DNA of 64,000 nt, from the NCBI GenBank assembly GCA_951406725.2, contig OX597818.1:63860001-63924000 (forward strand), written 5' to 3'. Positions 12,978 to 26,645 of the stretch are shown here, one piece after another. A program made the translations under genes and the position numbers. The stretch comes from Octopus vulgaris. Lineage: Eukaryota. The number at the start of each line of letters is the position of its first letter. Positions within the stretch are counted from its first letter, which is position 1. Under the pieces are notes generated by a model. That model was not told the DNA's origin. It searched no databases and saw only the letters and a list, made by a program, of their open reading frames with translations.

Positions 12978-14297
12978 AAATTACGTAAATTTTCACTTCC
13001 AATTTTTTGCGTAAACTGGCGTTGCAATTGGTGTTGCTACAGAAATAATTGTAACGAATGATTGAAGATGTGCAAAAGAACTTCCTTTGCCTTCCTATCA
13101 TTTTATTATTTACTTTTCGCTAAACCAATTTATGGTGTGATCGTCGTGTGTATATACAACAAGTAATATTAAATAGCAATTATTCATTGCTAAACCACTT
13201 TTGCAAAACCTAATATAGTATTAATATTATCTGTATTTCATTTGATTTTCTTTGAATACACCGCACTACATTTTCATATATCTAAAGATAAATTAAGGCA
13301 TAGTGTTTTTCCCTATTCCTACAAGATTCATAAATAAGGAATTCGCTGGCGAAGAAAAAAATATATTACAAATTGTGTTAAGCGTTGCTAATAGAACAAG
13401 CACGATATGTATTAAATTGCAAATATCATTCTGCGGCAATTTAGGAGGTTTCACCACAGCGAGGAATTGTTGGCCGATTTTAGGTAATATGTTTACGCAA
13501 ACTGTAGGCTTCTGAAAGCTTTACATCTGTAAAGCTGAACACGGAATTAAGATAGTTATGGAACCGATATATATATTTGTTACTTTTCGATGTTTCTCGC
13601 AAAATGAATAAAGCATGTCGATATGACATTAAATACAAATAGTAGAGTACATTGATATTTATGTTTTCAGCATTCGTTGGAAAAATAAGAGTCGTCAGAG
13701 GATTATATAGTTAGTTATGCTTAAGAGTAACATTTAATAGGATCAGCTTAAATAAACTAGAATTGCAAAGAATTTACCTAAATCATTTAGGATATTAAAC
13801 CTTCCAATGCAAGCACAGATGTTTCTACACAGTTTCTACCACAATGTTTCTACACAGCTGTAAATGCAAACCATTCAATAAGTTATATGAGTAGAATTCT
13901 TAAGAAGACAAATCTTCTAACCATGTACATACATTCATAATGCGTATCAAAGCTAAAATCTGTCCCATGAAAGAATGTTAAATGGATGCGCAGTATGAAT
14001 CTAAATAAGTTTTGAATAACTAGTCGCAATACTACTGCAAACAGGAGTGCTAATAACACGAAAGTTACATATTTCTGCCTAGTGAAATTTTAAATGGTGT
14101 TAATAATAGGATTCGCGTTACTCATAAGCATATTTATTTAGGTTCACGTGTAGGCAAAAGATCACCGAAGGCACTCGACTACAATAGAGAAGTTAAAGCA
14201 TCATTCGCTTTTGCATTTGGTTTGCAAGATTCTTTATGTGAGTTCGTGTGTTGAAGCATATTCTGTTGTGTCTGAGGAGAGTCATTCTCTTTTTGTG

Positions 14298-14486
14298 CCG
14301 TATAATTTAACATACACCCCGGTAAAATCTCTTTTGTTTTTTCTTTTTCTTTTTTTTTTTATTTCGTTGCATCTTGCAACCTTTTCAATAATTTTGGTCG
14401 CAAGACGCAACGAAAGTTTTAGAAAAATAAAAATAAATAAAAAAGAAATGTGGAAATTTTGCCGGTGAATGTGTTGAATTATAAGG
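14298..14486. repeat. Imperfect inverted repeat (arms ~85-90 bp, 14-bp spacer)
   Basis: TTTCGTTGCATCTTGCAACC / GGTCGCAAGACGCAACGAAA and CCGTATAATTTAACATACACCCCGGTAAAAT / ATTTTGCCGGTGAATGTGTTGAATTATAAGG. Confidence 0.8.
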
Positions 14487-15645
14487 ACGATTTATCAATC
14501 CTAGCAAGGCAACATGGTAGGAGTTGCCCTAAAATTTAAAGAACAAAAGCGCTGAACGACTTAAGTTAACACCACTGAGAGTGTGGTTAGTTGCATCATT
14601 TGATGATGTGTGAGAAATCAAGAAACAAACATCACATCCATGTTGTTTTTAAACGTAACAAAGCATAAGAAGTTTCATAGCGTTCAAAATTTAAAGGAAA
14701 TATAGCTATGTCAATGTATCTTAGAAGACTTCGTTTTAACTTGAGGAAACAATTACGATGATATTATATTAGAATGTTCGAATAATAATGAAAAATTCGA
14801 ATAAATATGGGAAATTCGGGAATAAATGTACTGCTAGAATATAACTCATACAACGACAGTAAGATGTTAAAGGAAAGATCCCTAGATGCTATATTCTAAG
14901 GAATAAACATTTATTTTAAATTGAAGATGGAATTCTGAATCCTGCAATGGGTAATCAGTATTTATAAAAAGGACTGCAAACATAGCAGATATGCTCAACT
15001 TTACATGAATAAGATACCGTTACAGAATCCTTGGGTTGCGGGCAAATGCAGTCGTTTTAAACGTAATGGAATGAAACTTATTCGGTGTTCATGTATGTTA
15101 TTGAAATTAGCACATTATCGGCGCTCTAGAGCGTTGTTTGATGTATTGCATCACTTGAGAAAGATGCACGGTTTTATTCTTTGCTGTCATTGCATATCCT
15201 ATTCACCTCTCGAAACCAATGGTGTGTCGTTGCAGATGCAAATGCATATATTCTATAGCTATGTTTTCCCTTGGCAAGAATCAATATTTAGTTGTCATAG
15301 AAAACTGCATTGGAGTACTAAATAAAAATATTTTTGCAAAAATTTTAAGCTATGGCTAACAAAACGTTTTATCACATCTTAGTATATGGATGGTTTATAA
15401 GTATATACTCACGAAGTCTAAATAAAAAAGTACCACATAACCATACGAAAATTTTATGCATTTTTATGAAGAACATATTTTATGATAATGTTTGCGACTT
15501 GCTCCACACACTTATATCGATCTATTAAATATATGAATATGGTGGTGTGAACGGGTAGGCATATATATAGAGACCCATGCACATGGACGTATACAAACTT
15601 TTACAAAAAGCCATACACATATACATACATACATATATATATATA

Positions 15646-15826
<181 letters not shown>

Positions 15827-15832
15827 TCTTTT

Positions 15833-16068
15833 ATTCTTTTACCTGTTTCAGTCATTTTGTCTACGGCCATGTAGGAGCACCGCATGTAGGCAAACAAATC
15901 GACTCAAGACTTATTCTATGTTTGCTTAGTACTTGTTCTATCGGTCTCTTTTGCAGAACCGCTAGGTTTGTGGGACGTAAACACACCAACATCCGTTGTT
16001 AAGGAATGGCTGGGGATAAACACAAACACACATATAAAAACATACACACACATATATATCTTTTTATA

Positions 16069-16124
<56 letters not shown>

Positions 16125-16155
16125 GCTTCATTCCGTTTCCCTCTACCAAATCCGC
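15833..16155 (-). mobile_element. SINE family B, 5'-truncated
   Basis: Reverse complement of the family B tail and body. Confidence 0.75.
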
Positions 16156-16189
16156 TGGCAAATATTTGCAGTATTTAAATTTTTTTTTA

Positions 16190-17412
16190 AACATGTTTTT
16201 GCAATTTTCTGATAATTCAGATAATAGAATTGCCCAAATGCATCAATAAATAATTATTGATATTTTTTCACCGTTGTTACAATCTTCTGAATTTGAAGTG
16301 TCAAAACGTAATATTCTACCAGTTTTACTATTAAACTTTGAAAAAGGACATAAAACAGCTGGACTGCTCGCGATATCAATGAACCGTTTGGTGAGAAAAT
16401 GACCAGTGAGTGGTCATCTCGAAAATGGTTTAAACGATTTCGCAGTGGAGGCCTGAGCCGTGAAGATTCTGAGCGTAATGGACGCTCATCTGTCTTCCAT
16501 GATGATCAATTAAAGATAGTTTTTGAGAAAGATCGACGTAAGTCCACTTGATAATTGGAAAAAGAACTTCAAGTTAGCCAGAAATATGCCTCCAACTATT
16601 TGCATCCGATCGGAAAATCAAAACAGCTCGACAAATAGGTACAACAAAGTTTGAATGAAAATGCTCAGATATGAGATTTGACCGTCGCCTTTTCTCCGTA
16701 ACCAGATCGAATAATTTCTCGACCATGTTATAACTTGCGATGAAAAATAGATTCTATACAATAATGAAAAAAAAAAACGTTCTTCGCAGTGGTTGAACCA
16801 ACATGAAGCACCAAAATCTTCCCTAAGCCTGAGCTCTTCAAAAAGTAGGTTATAGTGACTCATTGGTGGTGTAGTGCTATAACTTCTTAAAACCTGGAAA
16901 ACCATTGCTGTAGAAACATAATGCCATGAAATTGCCAAAATGATTGAATAACTTCAAAAGAATAAAATCCTGAAATTGTCAAAATGAAGGGAAAACTGCA
17001 AATGAATGAAAACCTCCGTTCCAGACTGATCAACGGAAGAGGGCCAATCATTCTTCATGACAATGCTTGACCACACATTTCAATGATGACGCTCCAGAAG
17101 TTGATTGAACTTGACTACAAAGTTCTGCCCCACCCAGCTTATTCCCCAGACCTTCCTCACAGCAACTTCCACTTTTTCAAGCACCATGATGGTTTCCTGT
17201 GAGAGGAGTTCGAAAATGAAACTGATGCTGGAAGTGCGTTCAAAGAGTTCATCAGCTCCAGAGATCCAGATTTTTTTATGTGACCGCGATAAACAAGCTT
17301 GTAAGTTGTTGGCAAAAATGTATTGATTTTAATGGAACTTAGAAGAAAAAACTTCCCGCATTCTGATAAATTTCATGATTGAAAACGTTGCTTAATTTTT
17401 ACTCAAACTGAT
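16190..17412 (+). mobile_element. Decayed mariner (Tc1/mariner) transposon
   Basis: Translated fragments KWFKRFRSG..EDSERNGR, KQLDK*V, FLDHVITCDEK*ILYNN, IILHDNA*PH and HPAYSPDL match mariner transposase motifs; many stops and frameshifts; TIR-like end near 17385-17412. Confidence 0.9.
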
Positions 17413-17677
17413 GCATACGCATATACCTGCATACCTACACATATACATACATATATATATACATAAATATAAGGTAGAAAATATTTTAGTGTGCAAACAT
17501 AGGTGGTGGATATAAAAAGAGAAATAGAAAAGATGAAAAAAACACACATTTGTTTATACGATTTAAGAGAATATTTAAAAATTACAGATTTACCTCCCCT
17601 TTACTGCAAACTAAACAACTAAACGATTATCTCCCCTAGCAATATTTTTTTCCCGTAGCAATTATCTCCTTCGTCTC

Positions 17678-17711
17678 CAAGTCTGATGAACAATGTGAAA
17701 CCGGTCCTTAC
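17678..17711 (+). ncRNA. Minimal type I hammerhead motif in a Penelope-like 3' remnant
   Basis: CTGATGA (17683) AC-AAT-GT GAAA CCGG TC: intact core, 2-bp helix II, palindromic CCGG, GUC site; helix I imperfect. Confidence 0.6.
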
Positions 17712-17805
17712 TTCAATTATCTTTATTATTGTTATATCTTTATTATCATGGCTCTAATATACTCTTCAGTCCTGTAAAACAAATCTTTTGTGTTATCTTA
17801 TCTGT

Positions 17806-17865
<60 letters not shown>

Positions 17866-17869
17866 GCTT

Positions 17870-17900
<31 letters not shown>

Positions 17901-18681
17901 CCCTCTGTATATATATATACACACACAGAGAAACATGCTTATATATTTGTGTTGTTCGTAATCTTCATATCACCGTATATATGATCATAACTATCTGTAT
18001 GACCGAGTGTTTCAATATTTGCATATTGCATGGAATCATTAATTATTTCTACCTACATTTTCATCACTGTGGTATATTTTAGTAGTCCCCCTCTTCTCTG
18101 AAACATATGTGATTATTCTTAAATTTTCACATTCTTCTTTTTTTTTGTGTAGGTTGTTAAAATGCTGTCCTATCTTCCAATTTGCAAATGTTCACCGTTG
18201 GCAACTCATTTATGTCTTCGAATATGTTATATGCAAACGTGTTGCCTTCCCAGAAATATCCAATTTCCTTCGCATTCAATAGATTTAATTTCTCCATTCG
18301 CGTACTATACTAATCTTTTATCGTTTGTTTATACTTGTTGCAGTGATTCGACTTCGGCCATAAATCACCCCACAATTGTCTTTTAGTTCTCTTCTATCCA
18401 ACCGCTATTTACAGGAGCATAAAAAACCGGTAGATTTAACAAGCGGTGGATTTACGAAACAAGGCGACACTGAAATACACATATGCACACACACACACAC
18501 ACACATACGACGCGATTCCACGGAATTTCCACTTAAGGCATTGCATTGACTGAAAAAAGAATGACCCGTCTTTTATTTTCCTCAATGCATATATATGCGT
18601 GTGTGCGTGCGTTTGTATGTATTTATTCTGTAAATTCATTTACTTGTTTCAGTCATTTGACTGTGACCTTGCTGGATCACC

Positions 18682-18727
<46 letters not shown>

Positions 18728-18829
18728 AAATATTAGAGAGCCAACTTTGAATCTGTAAACTCTAAGTGCTAGAAATAATAAGGGTATTATTAAATTAATA
18801 TCTATAATTTTATTCACCCTCATTATTGA

Positions 18830-18876
<47 letters not shown>

Positions 18877-19369
18877 TGCGTGTACATTGGTATGTATGTA
18901 TTCTGCAAATTCCTGTGTTTGTATGTCCATTGCGTGTTCGTATGTATGTGTGTGTGCGTGCTTGAGTGTGTCTATATGTATAGGTTTGTTTCACTATATG
19001 TCCGTCCCTTATGTATGGGCGTGTGTCTCCATATGCATCTTTGTCTGTGTGTGAATATGTGTGAGTGGTGTGTCTTTCAAGTACTTGGAGAAATTTATCC
19101 ATTTCGATGTTAATGGCTTTTGCGTTTAATATGAATGTTTCTCGGCATACACTACACCAGCCATATTTGTTTTCTCTTTTTATGACAGGGAAGGTAAAAT
19201 GCACTACTTTATTGGTATATGAGAGAAAGAAAGCTTGCGCTACTGCAGTTTAATTTTTCATGAACATTCGATGTTTCGAACAGTTGCACTTGAGACAGAT
19301 CGATCTGGTTGCCCCCAAAAGAGTCTAGGAAAAGAGCATTCGATATTTTGTAAGTAAGCGAGCGATTGT

Positions 19370-19742
19370 GTACGGCAACAAAAACAAAATACCGAGAACA
19401 TGGTACACAATGACAAATACAAACAACAAGAATATAATAACAGGTGTCTTTCGGCTGAGAACGAATCCATTTGAACTGACGTGTATGAAGTGAAAGCCTA
19501 AAAGCAAGAACATAGCATATGGATAGTAGATGTGTTGGCGGTCTGCAGTCAGGCCTAGAAAGAAAGACCATGGCTGGCCGGATTCCGGTCACGTGGGAGA
19601 AGAAGAGAGATGTAGGGGGCAGCGAAATTGAAGGATTAGAAGCATAAAAGACACAAAGGGAAAGGTACAGAGGAGATAAACTAGGAGGAAAATTGGGAGC
19701 TAAAGAAAAAGAGGGCCAAGAAGTGTAGGATTCTGTGCGAGA
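19370..19742 (-). mobile_element. Degenerate Penelope-like 3' end/pLTR remnant abutting (TA)n
   Basis: Purine-rich plus strand as in the Neptune pLTR; minus strand GGCT..(36 nt)..AGCC-GAAA-GACACC HHR-like half; ends in (TA)n. Confidence 0.35.
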
Positions 19743-19753
19743 TATATACATAC

Positions 19754-19821
<68 letters not shown>

Positions 19822-21241
19822 CTAACCCATGTTGACAGAAATCGGTACAATTTTCATTGGTTTCTCTTGAAAATGTGTACTTGACTGTATGGATGTAGGA
19901 CATCTCAATACATTTCATTGAGTCATTGAAGTAAAATTGTGTGTTACGTACTTCTTAGCAGTGTTAGAAATACGTTACACATATGTATATGTCACACACA
20001 CACTGTAGATACACACGCATACACACACCCACACACACACATCATTCTTTGAAACTGTAAATGGTGTTGTTGGCCGCAGACATTTTCCAAATTGTCAGCT
20101 GTCAATAAGAAATATAATTATAAATATTACGTGATAGCATTATTTCACGAATCTTTCATTTCAATGATTTTCAATTATTTTGTCATTTCAAGAATTATCA
20201 GATTTTTGTCTCCTCTTCCTGCAACTGTCTGTAAAGAGAAATTTCGGCGATTCTTTTGTGCTATTTCAACTTTAGTACAATAATATTCTTTAGAGAAGCT
20301 GTATCATCAATTTGACTGAAAATTAGCAAGATGTCTTCCATTACTAAACTGTTCACTTTTCTTTCGTTTACCGCTGTTTACTTGTGTTAGTCTGCGATGA
20401 TTTTTGAAATCTTCGTCCCCTTTGGGAACACTTTTATGTTGGCATATAAACAAATAATATTAAAAAAAAAAGAGTTGCATCAATTTTAATGATCTGATAA
20501 TCACAATCTTAATTATAATCAAGGAACTTGAATACGGTGTAAGCAGATGTCACTGATATCCGATTTTAGGGCATTGAAATTCTGCAACACAATTTTGAAA
20601 GATTTTATGGCAAGACTTGAGCTTATCCTTAAAATAAATAAAGACAGCATATACTTAAAGATGAAATTTCAGATAAATAACCTGTTATTTTGTTATTTAA
20701 GTAGAGTTTTATTATACATATAATTATGTCTATGTAATTAGTCATAGCTAAATATTCTAAAACATTTTTTGCGTTAATTGGCATCGATTCTTTCATAGTG
20801 AATAATATGTTGTATAGATTTGAGCAGCACCTCCTGTAATAATACTATTGGATATTGAGTTTTTGAATCAGATATTTACTGGAACAGTTTATTAATGAAA
20901 TCTTTGACGAGATTGTCTGTAGCATTTACAAATGAAATCTTTCACGCGATTGTTTGAAGCATATTGAATCAATAACAATTCATTCAGATGCGAATAGCTA
21001 ACACAGGAGTAAATGTTCATTGTTCTTTTCGTTTTTACGATGCATTCTTTATTTGCAATTGTTCGATATAGCCACGAAGAATGCAAGAACAAGCAAAGAA
21101 TTTCTAAAATTTATTGTCAAACGCGAGCTTGCAGTTCGAAATAATATTCATGGAATTGAAAAGCTTTCGACCTTTCTTTTGATAATTATTGCACTCAAAT
21201 CTATGAGAGCATGACTTGGTCTCTCAATATATTTTCGCATT

Positions 21242-21633
21242 AAGGCAGCGAGCTTGGAGAAAGGTTAGCACGCAATGAGAAATTCTAAGCGGTATTTCGT
21301 CTGCCGTTACGTTCTGAGTTCATTTTCCGCCGATGTCGACTTTGCTTTTGTTTTGAGGACGCCACCAGACGATAAAGAAGGCTATCCCAATACATAGATA
21401 TAGACAGGAGAATTCTATACGTCAGGAGGTAAGTAGAGGTCATCGGAACGTGCGATATAACAGTGGCGACGAGGATTTCGTAGCTCACACTGCCACTGTG
21501 TATTATTGTGATATAACAGCACTTCTTACTTTCGGGGTCGATAAATTAAGTACCAGTTGCGTACTGTGTGCGATCTAATCGACTGGCCATCTCCCCCCAA
21601 ATTTCTAGCCTTGTGCCTAGAATAGAAATGAAT
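21242..21633 (+). mobile_element. SINE family A interrupted by a 170-bp insert
   Basis: Family A sequence breaks at GTCGACTTTGCTTT and resumes at CTTTCGGGGTCGATAAATTAAGTACCAG. Confidence 0.8.
21349..21518. mobile_element. Possible short solo LTR inserted in the SINE
   Basis: TGTT...AACA termini; discrete insertion; TSD not clean. Confidence 0.35.
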
Positions 21634-24126
21634 ATATTTTCGCATTATACATATGCAACGCGGAAACAAAGAAATTGTTGACGACTTCAAAAGTTATTAA
21701 AACATTTATTATAAAATATAAGTAATAAACTGAAGATGTGTCCCTTTTTGTCAATATATGTCAATATAGATCTTCGATTTATAAACGAGGATACACTCAT
21801 TACATTTTCTACGGCATAGGTCAATATGTTGCGACTGTCATATAATAATACAGTTTATACCTTGAAGAGATTCTCCTTATTTCTTCGCAACAGATTACTC
21901 AAAAAACATGTTTTTTTCTACTTTCCTGGATCTCAAGGGACGGCAATACCGACATTCTGCACGTCATCAACACCCATATGTGGACCATTCAACGCCAAAA
22001 TTTAAATCGTGTAAGAAAGCAACATCCCTTTTAAAGGCAGTATATTTTTCGATGGAGCAAAAAATATAAATATTAACGAAATGGGAATATATATTTTTTA
22101 ACATGAAATCATTCAACTCCAGATTAGTTCTGCTGTTTATTCAGTTACTGTGCAAATTGGAAATCTTGGATTGGTATTCGAATGTGTTTGCATAATTTAA
22201 AATTTTTTGTTTCAAGAAAAAACTTTAATTTCAGAAATGTTCGATCTGGAATAACTACCTACTCTATCACTAATTCATATTTAACCTGCCCCTACACATA
22301 CGAAATAAATAAATTAATATGGTTTTGCGGAAAAATTAAAAACAAAAACGTAAATTTCATAATTATGTCATCTCAGATCTACGAAACTACCTTTATTCGC
22401 TTGTTCCGAATATACGAAACATCTAATATCAATGTTATATGAATTATACAACGTTTCATACACATGTATATCTACATGACTGATATTTCAGAATTAATGA
22501 GAACATTTGCTTTTAGCGTAATGAGTTTTTGCTTACCTGCATTAATGAACATTTAGTAAAATATCAACAAATGCAAAAAAATACATGAGTCTTGTTTCTA
22601 ATGTGTATCAGCTTAGTGGATTTCATTGAAACAAAAGCACTAGACTATAAACACTGTAAAGTAAATAAAAAATATATTATTGTGCCTTATATAGATGAGT
22701 CCTCAGTTTTTACAGCTCTAATCTTCATTAGCCAATATGGACGATTGTCAAATGTATGAGACGACAGTTAGCAATATCGTGTTTTATGCTGCATATTTTT
22801 ATTATGAAAAGTTAGTCATTCGTTGAAACCTGTCATGCAAATAACTTTTCATTTGTTAATCTAAACATAAATTTTCTGAGACGCAGCATGACGAGATCAC
22901 TGAATCGATACATAATCGATTATCAAATACTTTAATGACGTTTATGTTTCACACATAAACAGTTGCTTCGACTAGCAGACTCTATGATAAACATTTGATT
23001 ACTTTAATTCAGTTAATAAAGGAATGCTAATAATGAAATTATGGGATCTTCCAAAAATAAATGATTAGCAATGGACAGCTTTCAAATGGATGTGGAAAGT
23101 GTATGAAAGAAGTGTATATAAGCAAAGCGAATTTTGATGACATGGGGGCAGTAACGAAATGTTGGGCTGAATTCGCTATTTTTAAACTGATATGCCATTC
23201 ATTCTCGGATCAAAATACTCAGATGATTACTTCAATTTTCATCTAATTAGAGCATATATAAAAATGATAAGGAATTCCAAATAGCACGTTATTAACATTT
23301 ACGTAATAACTGTAAAATCACTCCGTATGTTTCGAGCATTTCACATTGGAGTTTGAGGTGATTCGCTGAGCATGAAATTGTGGATGTTAAATTTTTATTG
23401 ATGTTGTACACTTCAGAATGCATCACCGGGAGATATTAATCATATTTTCTAAATCTGTAACGGCGAGGGTATGATTGTTCATGCTAAATTAGAACTGTAA
23501 TCACCCACTATCCAAGAGCTCTTTCATAATTATATCCTGTTAAACTGAAATTTAATTAACAGAGACTCAGATTGTTATACAATCTGTCTGAATGTATAGT
23601 GTAATAAGCACGACTTTTGATTTGATGCATATGTGTGATAATTTCAATGTTAGATTTGAACAAACGTTCTCTCTTATTTCAGAAGTCTACTTGCAGTTCG
23701 TGTGTATCCACAGTCGATCGTAAAAAAAAGATAGTCACAATCAGTGAAACACTGCATCCTCTATGACGATGATAATCTCTCAAGAGGATCGTAAGATCTA
23801 AAATTTCGAAGGTTTTTTTAAAAATATTTTCGCGGTTGCAACATTGTCTTTACTCTCTTATATAAATATATTGTATTAAGCTATGTGACGTTAAATACAG
23901 ATTGTAATTCTGTATATATTCTTGTCAATTCATCAGATTGCTATATATAGTAAAATATTGAAGAAACCGATGACAAAATGTTATTTCAAAGTATTGATTT
24001 ATTGACATCAATTAGAATGTCTAGTGGAGAAATATAGATTATTTTGTAAAATATCTCACGTCATCAATTATATAATGCATGTATTTTATTGACGTGCACC
24101 TACTTCTCGTATATATCACAATACCG

Positions 24127-24166
<40 letters not shown>

Positions 24167-25378
24167 CCGTATATTCTAATTTGAACGTGTCTTGTTTTAT
24201 GTGCTGATGTGTAAACTGTAAGTAGAACGGAAATAAATAAAATCTTTAACAGATTAATTAGCAGTAGACACAAGCGTAAATTGATCTTGTGTATGTCACG
24301 AAAATCAGTATTGTTAACCTTTGGCATTTTAAATTAAAATATATATGAAAGTATATTGAAAACTGTGTTGCAATTTTCAGTATATATTTGAATAACTTTC
24401 CAATCAATCAAACATGAACTTTACAGAGAAACATCAAATTTCTCTTATAAAAGTAGGATGACTTAAAGATCTATTTCATTGGAAAGTAATTCTTTTAAAC
24501 TTTACTTTAGATTACGTCTCTGTTACATGTTCTAAATTTGAGAACAGCTGTAATATTAATAGTTTCCTGTTTAATTTCTTAGAAAAGGTTACTTATGCCT
24601 ACGTGCGAATTAATTCAATATTGAAAGGAAATTGGTTTTAACAAGATAACATAAGTAAGTATCTTAAAATTGAGACGTTTCATAGGCAGAAATATTGTAT
24701 ATTGTCTCGTCAATTTAAAATGAAGCGAGGCGAAATAACTAAGTGTAACTGGAAATCGCTAGGAAGAAATCAGCTGCTGACAATCAGTGAACTGTAGCAT
24801 GAATACGTTTCCAATGTTCGTGTCTTATTCTTATATTGTTTATGAGCAAGACACTTTAATCACTTGAGAAATTACAAAGCACATTTTAGCTGAAACACGC
24901 AAACTATTTTCTCTGTGATTTTGATGCACACTGAACCAATTCAAATCATCTGATCATGCGCGTTAATATTATTATTTTCAAGATTGCAAACGGCAAACAT
25001 GGTAATGATGTCGGACGTAGATTGATAAAAAGTTCTTTTGGCGGTCGTATGCTCTACCTAAACCATCTTACTATGCAAATTTAGTAAGTTTGATTACAAC
25101 AATGATATGTTTAATATGTTTTTTTTTCTCATGTATATTTTTTCTCCACACGGTCAAGAATATATGGGCATCGATGATCGGGGCAAAATTGATTACATAT
25201 AACATTTTATTGTAACTGAATGACTTTACTGAAATGATTTCCACAATATAATTTTCATAAGAAAATGCAATATATGTTCTGCCATAATAAAGTATAACCA
25301 TACGACTCACAAAGGAAAACAAATACATTTTGCGCATATATACGTTGTACGTTGTGTATAACTGTGTTTAAGAAAGCA

Positions 25379-25459
<81 letters not shown>

Positions 25460-25501
25460 GTATATATGTAAGTATTGTAAGTATTTCATTTATTTCTATA
25501 C

Positions 25502-25567
25502 TTATTTTCTACTGACGAGGAAAAAATCTATGAGATTTCTTCCGAAATTGATTCAATATAGAAATAA
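25502..25567 (+). ncRNA. Complete canonical type I hammerhead ribozyme
   Basis: Helix I TTTCTA/TAGAAA (plus extension); core CTGACGA (25512-18); helix II GGAAAAAATC/GATTTCTTCC (9/10 pairs); GAAA (25544-47); helix III ATTG/CAAT; cleavage triplet AUA (cut after 25558). Confidence 0.8.
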
Positions 25568-25817
25568 CGAAGTTCTTTGAAAAATCCTGTTGGCTAGCTT
25601 TCCTCGATTTCAGCACAACTTATTTCTGTAGTGGGTATATAATAATATGTGGAAATTGACGAATTAAAAGTCGGTTATCAGCATATTGGCAGAGAAATAA
25701 TTTTCTTTTGCACTTGTTTATAAGATGTTTATAATTTTAACCTTTAGAGGCATTTTAAAATGCTGCCACTTTTTTAATAGAATTTTTTTCTGTAAAAATC
25801 TTCTTCCTATAATAGTA

Positions 25818-25867
<50 letters not shown>

Positions 25868-26194
25868 ATTATATTAAATTAGAGATAAAACTACTATTAG
25901 ACAAATCAAACATATATATATATATATATATTTATAAGTTTACATTATTAATTTAAATAATTTTTTAAATCTTAACTTTCATTTAAATATTTTAATTTGG
26001 AATTTTATTTTTTATATTTTTTATATATTTTATTAATTAATTTTGTTTCTATGTATTGGCTTATGATTTTCACTGTTTGATTTGCCTAATAGTGGTTTTA
26101 TCTCTAACTTAATATAATATATATATATATTTATACTATAAAATTAGATTTAATTCTAAATTTAATTTTTCCCTGTAAGTTTGGATTTGCTCCC

Positions 26195-26240
<46 letters not shown>

Positions 26241-26241
<1 letters not shown>

Positions 26242-26608
26242 CGGGAGGCTTTATGAAAATAAACAAAAGACGAAGGCAGGTGGAAAACAAACGAACAATT
26301 GTATTAGTATGGCGCTCAGGAAATATAAATAAAACAAGTCTTTAACGTTTCGAGCCTACGCTCTTCAACAGAAAGATACACAGAGAGAGAAAAACACAGA
26401 AAGAAGGAGAGAAAAAAATGCGTGCAGTAGCTAACGAATCAACATGGCGATCTGATTTCGGCCAGAGGTCAAAGATCAAACATGAGACGCGAGAGCGAAA
26501 TAAGGGGAGATAATAGGGTTGATAAAAGGGTTGAGGGACCAGCTAAAAGTGCGTGGGAGGGGTCTGGATGTGTGTATGTATAGGGTTGGTGTATGTATTA
26601 GTATGTAT

Positions 26609-26645
<37 letters not shown>

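Noticed and set aside
12943-12980. CTGATGA hammerhead-like core
   Set aside because: No helix II closing onto GAAA.
13685-14130. Possible very old Nematis-like ORF remnant (KICPMKEC etc.)
   Set aside because: Too degenerate to support without an alignment.
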